DNA from: Clostridia bacterium
GTDB lineage: Bacteria; Bacillota; Clostridia; UMGS1883
Assembly (NCBI GenBank): GCA_021202495.1
Contig: JAJQCX010000066.1
Coordinates: forward strand, 1-46,103
Direction of reading: 5' to 3'
Length of the DNA stretch: 46,103 nt
Both the position numbers and the translations under genes were made by a program. Numbering within the stretch: position 1 is the first letter of the stretch; each line of letters opens with the position of its first letter. Below, piece after piece: positions 44,495-46,103 of the stretch. The notes under the pieces are model-generated. The model saw only the letters and a list, made by a program, of their open reading frames with translations, had not been told where the DNA came from and did not search any database.

Positions 44495-45055
44495 CTATTT
44501 TTTCCCGAACATTTCAACCGCCTGTTTGATGTTCGACTCAAACATAACCGACGCCTTTTCCACCGCAGGCGCAAAATCGTCCGTCATTCCGCGGTCAAGC
44601 CAATCGTCCAAAAGCCCCACAAGCGCGTACACATAAAACCGCACCACAAAGTCTGTGTCCTCTTCTGAAATGTCAACTTCCCGCGCCTCGGTTTTCACAA
44701 AGTCGAACACCACGCCGTACAAAACCTTTTCCAAGCATTTTCGTATCTGTCCGCTTTCGGGCGAATTGTGCAGATGATAAATCGCCTTTCTCTTTCTGAG
44801 AACGTCTCCCGCCGCATACATCAGCGCCTCATTCCACGAGATGTATTCTCTGCCGTATTCTTTGGCAACGGCGCGGATTTCTTCTTGTAAAATGTCATCC
44901 GTCAGCGCGTAAATGTCCTTGTAATTGTAATAAAACGTGTTTCTGTTTATGCCGCACTCCGCCGCAATGTCCTTCACCGTTATTGCTTCAAACGGCTTTT
45001 CGTCAAGAAGCTTCATAAAAGCATCCTTTATCGCCTTTTTCGTAAATTTCGTCAT
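44495..45055 (-). CDS. TetR/AcrR-family transcriptional regulator
   Basis: 186-aa ORF with the N-terminal HTH FEAITVKDIAAECGINRNTFYYNYKDIY. It is the first gene of the tetR-MMPL-GLUG string and ends with TAG. Confidence 0.9.
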   Translation of the reverse strand: MTKFTKKAIKDAFMKLLDEKPFEAITVKDIAAECGINRNTFYYNYKDIYALTDDILQEEIRAVAKEYGREYISWNEALMYAAGDVLRKRKAIYHLHNSPESGQIRKCLEKVLYGVVFDFVKTEAREVDISEEDTDFVVRFYVYALVGLLDDWLDRGMTDDFAPAVEKASVMFESNIKQAVEMFGKK

Positions 45056-45074
45056 TATTATCTCCGTTTTGCTG

Positions 45075-46103
45075 TCAATACCCTATCGGCGTCATTTCCT
45101 CGCCGTCGTCCGCAAAAAGCAGCATGTAATGCCCGCGCATCCTCTCAGGCGCTTCAATCTTAAGCTTCGCAATTTCGGTCGTAAACGGCTCAACCTCCAC
45201 GCTTTCGCTCGCCGTCGCGACGAGGTTTGACTGATAATCGTAAAGCTCCGCCTTTATCTCAACCTCCGTAAAGCATTCGCCCGACTGCACCTCAACCTTC
45301 GCGCAAATTTCGTCGCCCTCGTCGAGCCCGTCAAGCTCCGTCACCGAGCGCACCTTTGCATCAAAGCGAAATTCCTCGCCCTCGCATACGCCCTCAAGCG
45401 TCGCCTTCGCCTTTATTATTTTCCCTTCCGCGTCAAATTCAAATTTATCAATCGCAAGCTCCCTGTGCGTTCCGTAATAGTCGCTCACGTCGCCCTCAAA
45501 CCGTGCGGGGAAATTAAAGCGGTGATAGCAAACATACCACCTGTCGCTCTCGGGTACGTTTATTATCGTGTGATGCCCCGTGCCGTAAATGCCGTACTTT
45601 TCGTTCTTTTCGAGCATCACTTCATTGCCTATTATAGGTCCCGTCGGCGACGATGAATATCCCCATCTCACGTGGTAATTTTTGCTCCGAGTGTCGTCCT
45701 CCGCCCACGTGAAATAATATATCCCTTTTCTGTAAAAGACGTGCGTTCCCTCGCGGAAATTCGGCGGCGTTATCTCCTGCGGCACGCCCTTTAAGTGCAT
45801 CATGTCGTCTTCGAGCTCGCACACCCACATTGTCCCGTTGCCCCAGTAAAGATAGCTTCTCCCCGTCTCGGGACAAGTAAATACCGCCGGGTCAATCACC
45901 TGCCCCGGGAAGTGCATTACATGCACGTCGCCGTATTCGTCGCAGGCTTCCATGCCGTTATACACAATAGGCTTCCCGAGTAAATCCTCAAATTTTCCGC
46001 ACGGCGTGTCGCACACCGCGATACCAATCGCCTTGCCGACGTTTTTCTCGAATTTGTCCGTGTTCGCGCTGAAATAGTAATAATATTTTCCATTCTTTTT
46101 CAC
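45075..46103 (-). CDS. GH43-family glycoside hydrolase (5' end probably outside the window) with a small C-terminal beta-sandwich
   Basis: The ORF reaches the window edge. GH43 five-bladed-propeller patterns are present: YYYFSAN, GTHVFYRKGIYYFTWAEDD and GTGHHTIINVPESDRWYVCYHRF. A ~100-aa extra C-terminal domain follows. Confidence 0.85.
   Translation of the reverse strand: MKKNGKYYYYFSANTDKFEKNVGKAIGIAVCDTPCGKFEDLLGKPIVYNGMEACDEYGDVHVMHFPGQVIDPAVFTCPETGRSYLYWGNGTMWVCELEDDMMHLKGVPQEITPPNFREGTHVFYRKGIYYFTWAEDDTRSKNYHVRWGYSSSPTGPIIGNEVMLEKNEKYGIYGTGHHTIINVPESDRWYVCYHRFNFPARFEGDVSDYYGTHRELAIDKFEFDAEGKIIKAKATLEGVCEGEEFRFDAKVRSVTELDGLDEGDEICAKVEVQSGECFTEVEIKAELYDYQSNLVATASESVEVEPFTTEIAKLKIEAPERMRGHYMLLFADDGEEMTPIGY

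Noticed and set aside
1-46103. Mobile genetic element, prophage or defence island content (transposases, integrases, restriction-modification, toxin-antitoxin, CRISPR-Cas).
   Set aside because: No ORF in any frame shows transposase, integrase, nuclease-ATPase or Cas-like motifs. The accessory segments are composed of secreted enzymes, adhesin-like proteins and a transporter operon.

Overview
This is a 46.1-kb chromosomal segment with Firmicutes/Clostridia-type gene order and signals (AGGAGG ribosome-binding sites, TTGACA-17-TATAAT promoters, a T-box leader). Core blocks are ylxR-ylxQ-infB-rbfA-nrnA-truB-ribF on the + strand; pheS-pheT behind a Phe T-box on the - strand; spoVG and glmU-like-prs-pth-mfd-prsA-like on the - strand; and murC on the + strand. 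Three accessory segments sit between them. (i) 6.1-12.8 kb holds two tandem paralogous secreted lectin/HExxH-metalloprotease modules. The second is fused to an LRR/Big_2/Flg_new adhesin-like N-terminus and is followed by a GNAT gene. (ii) 26.7-38.5 kb is a glycan-utilisation cluster: a clan GH-A hydrolase, a GyrI-like protein, a 1418-aa GH95-like enzyme, a 1027-aa beta-helix enzyme, an AraC regulator and a HAD phosphatase. (iii) 38.5-45.1 kb is a TetR - MMPL transporter - GLUG/coiled-coil membrane-anchored surface protein operon, followed by a partial GH43 gene. No rRNA, tRNA, CRISPR, transposase or recognisable defence genes were seen. The most unusual observations are these. A ~280-nt array of hairpins (8001-8280) looks like an insertion, with an 8-bp duplication, into a long palindromic hairpin; an uninterrupted copy of that hairpin recurs at 22781-22805. 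Single in-frame stop codons split two conserved genes (TAG in pheT, TAA in mfd). Four homopolymer frameshifts are confined to the two large surface-protein genes. The GlmU homologue lacks the acetyltransferase C-terminus. Uncharacterised protein modules recur across several secreted proteins. All family assignments rest on motifs read from the translations; no database search was possible.
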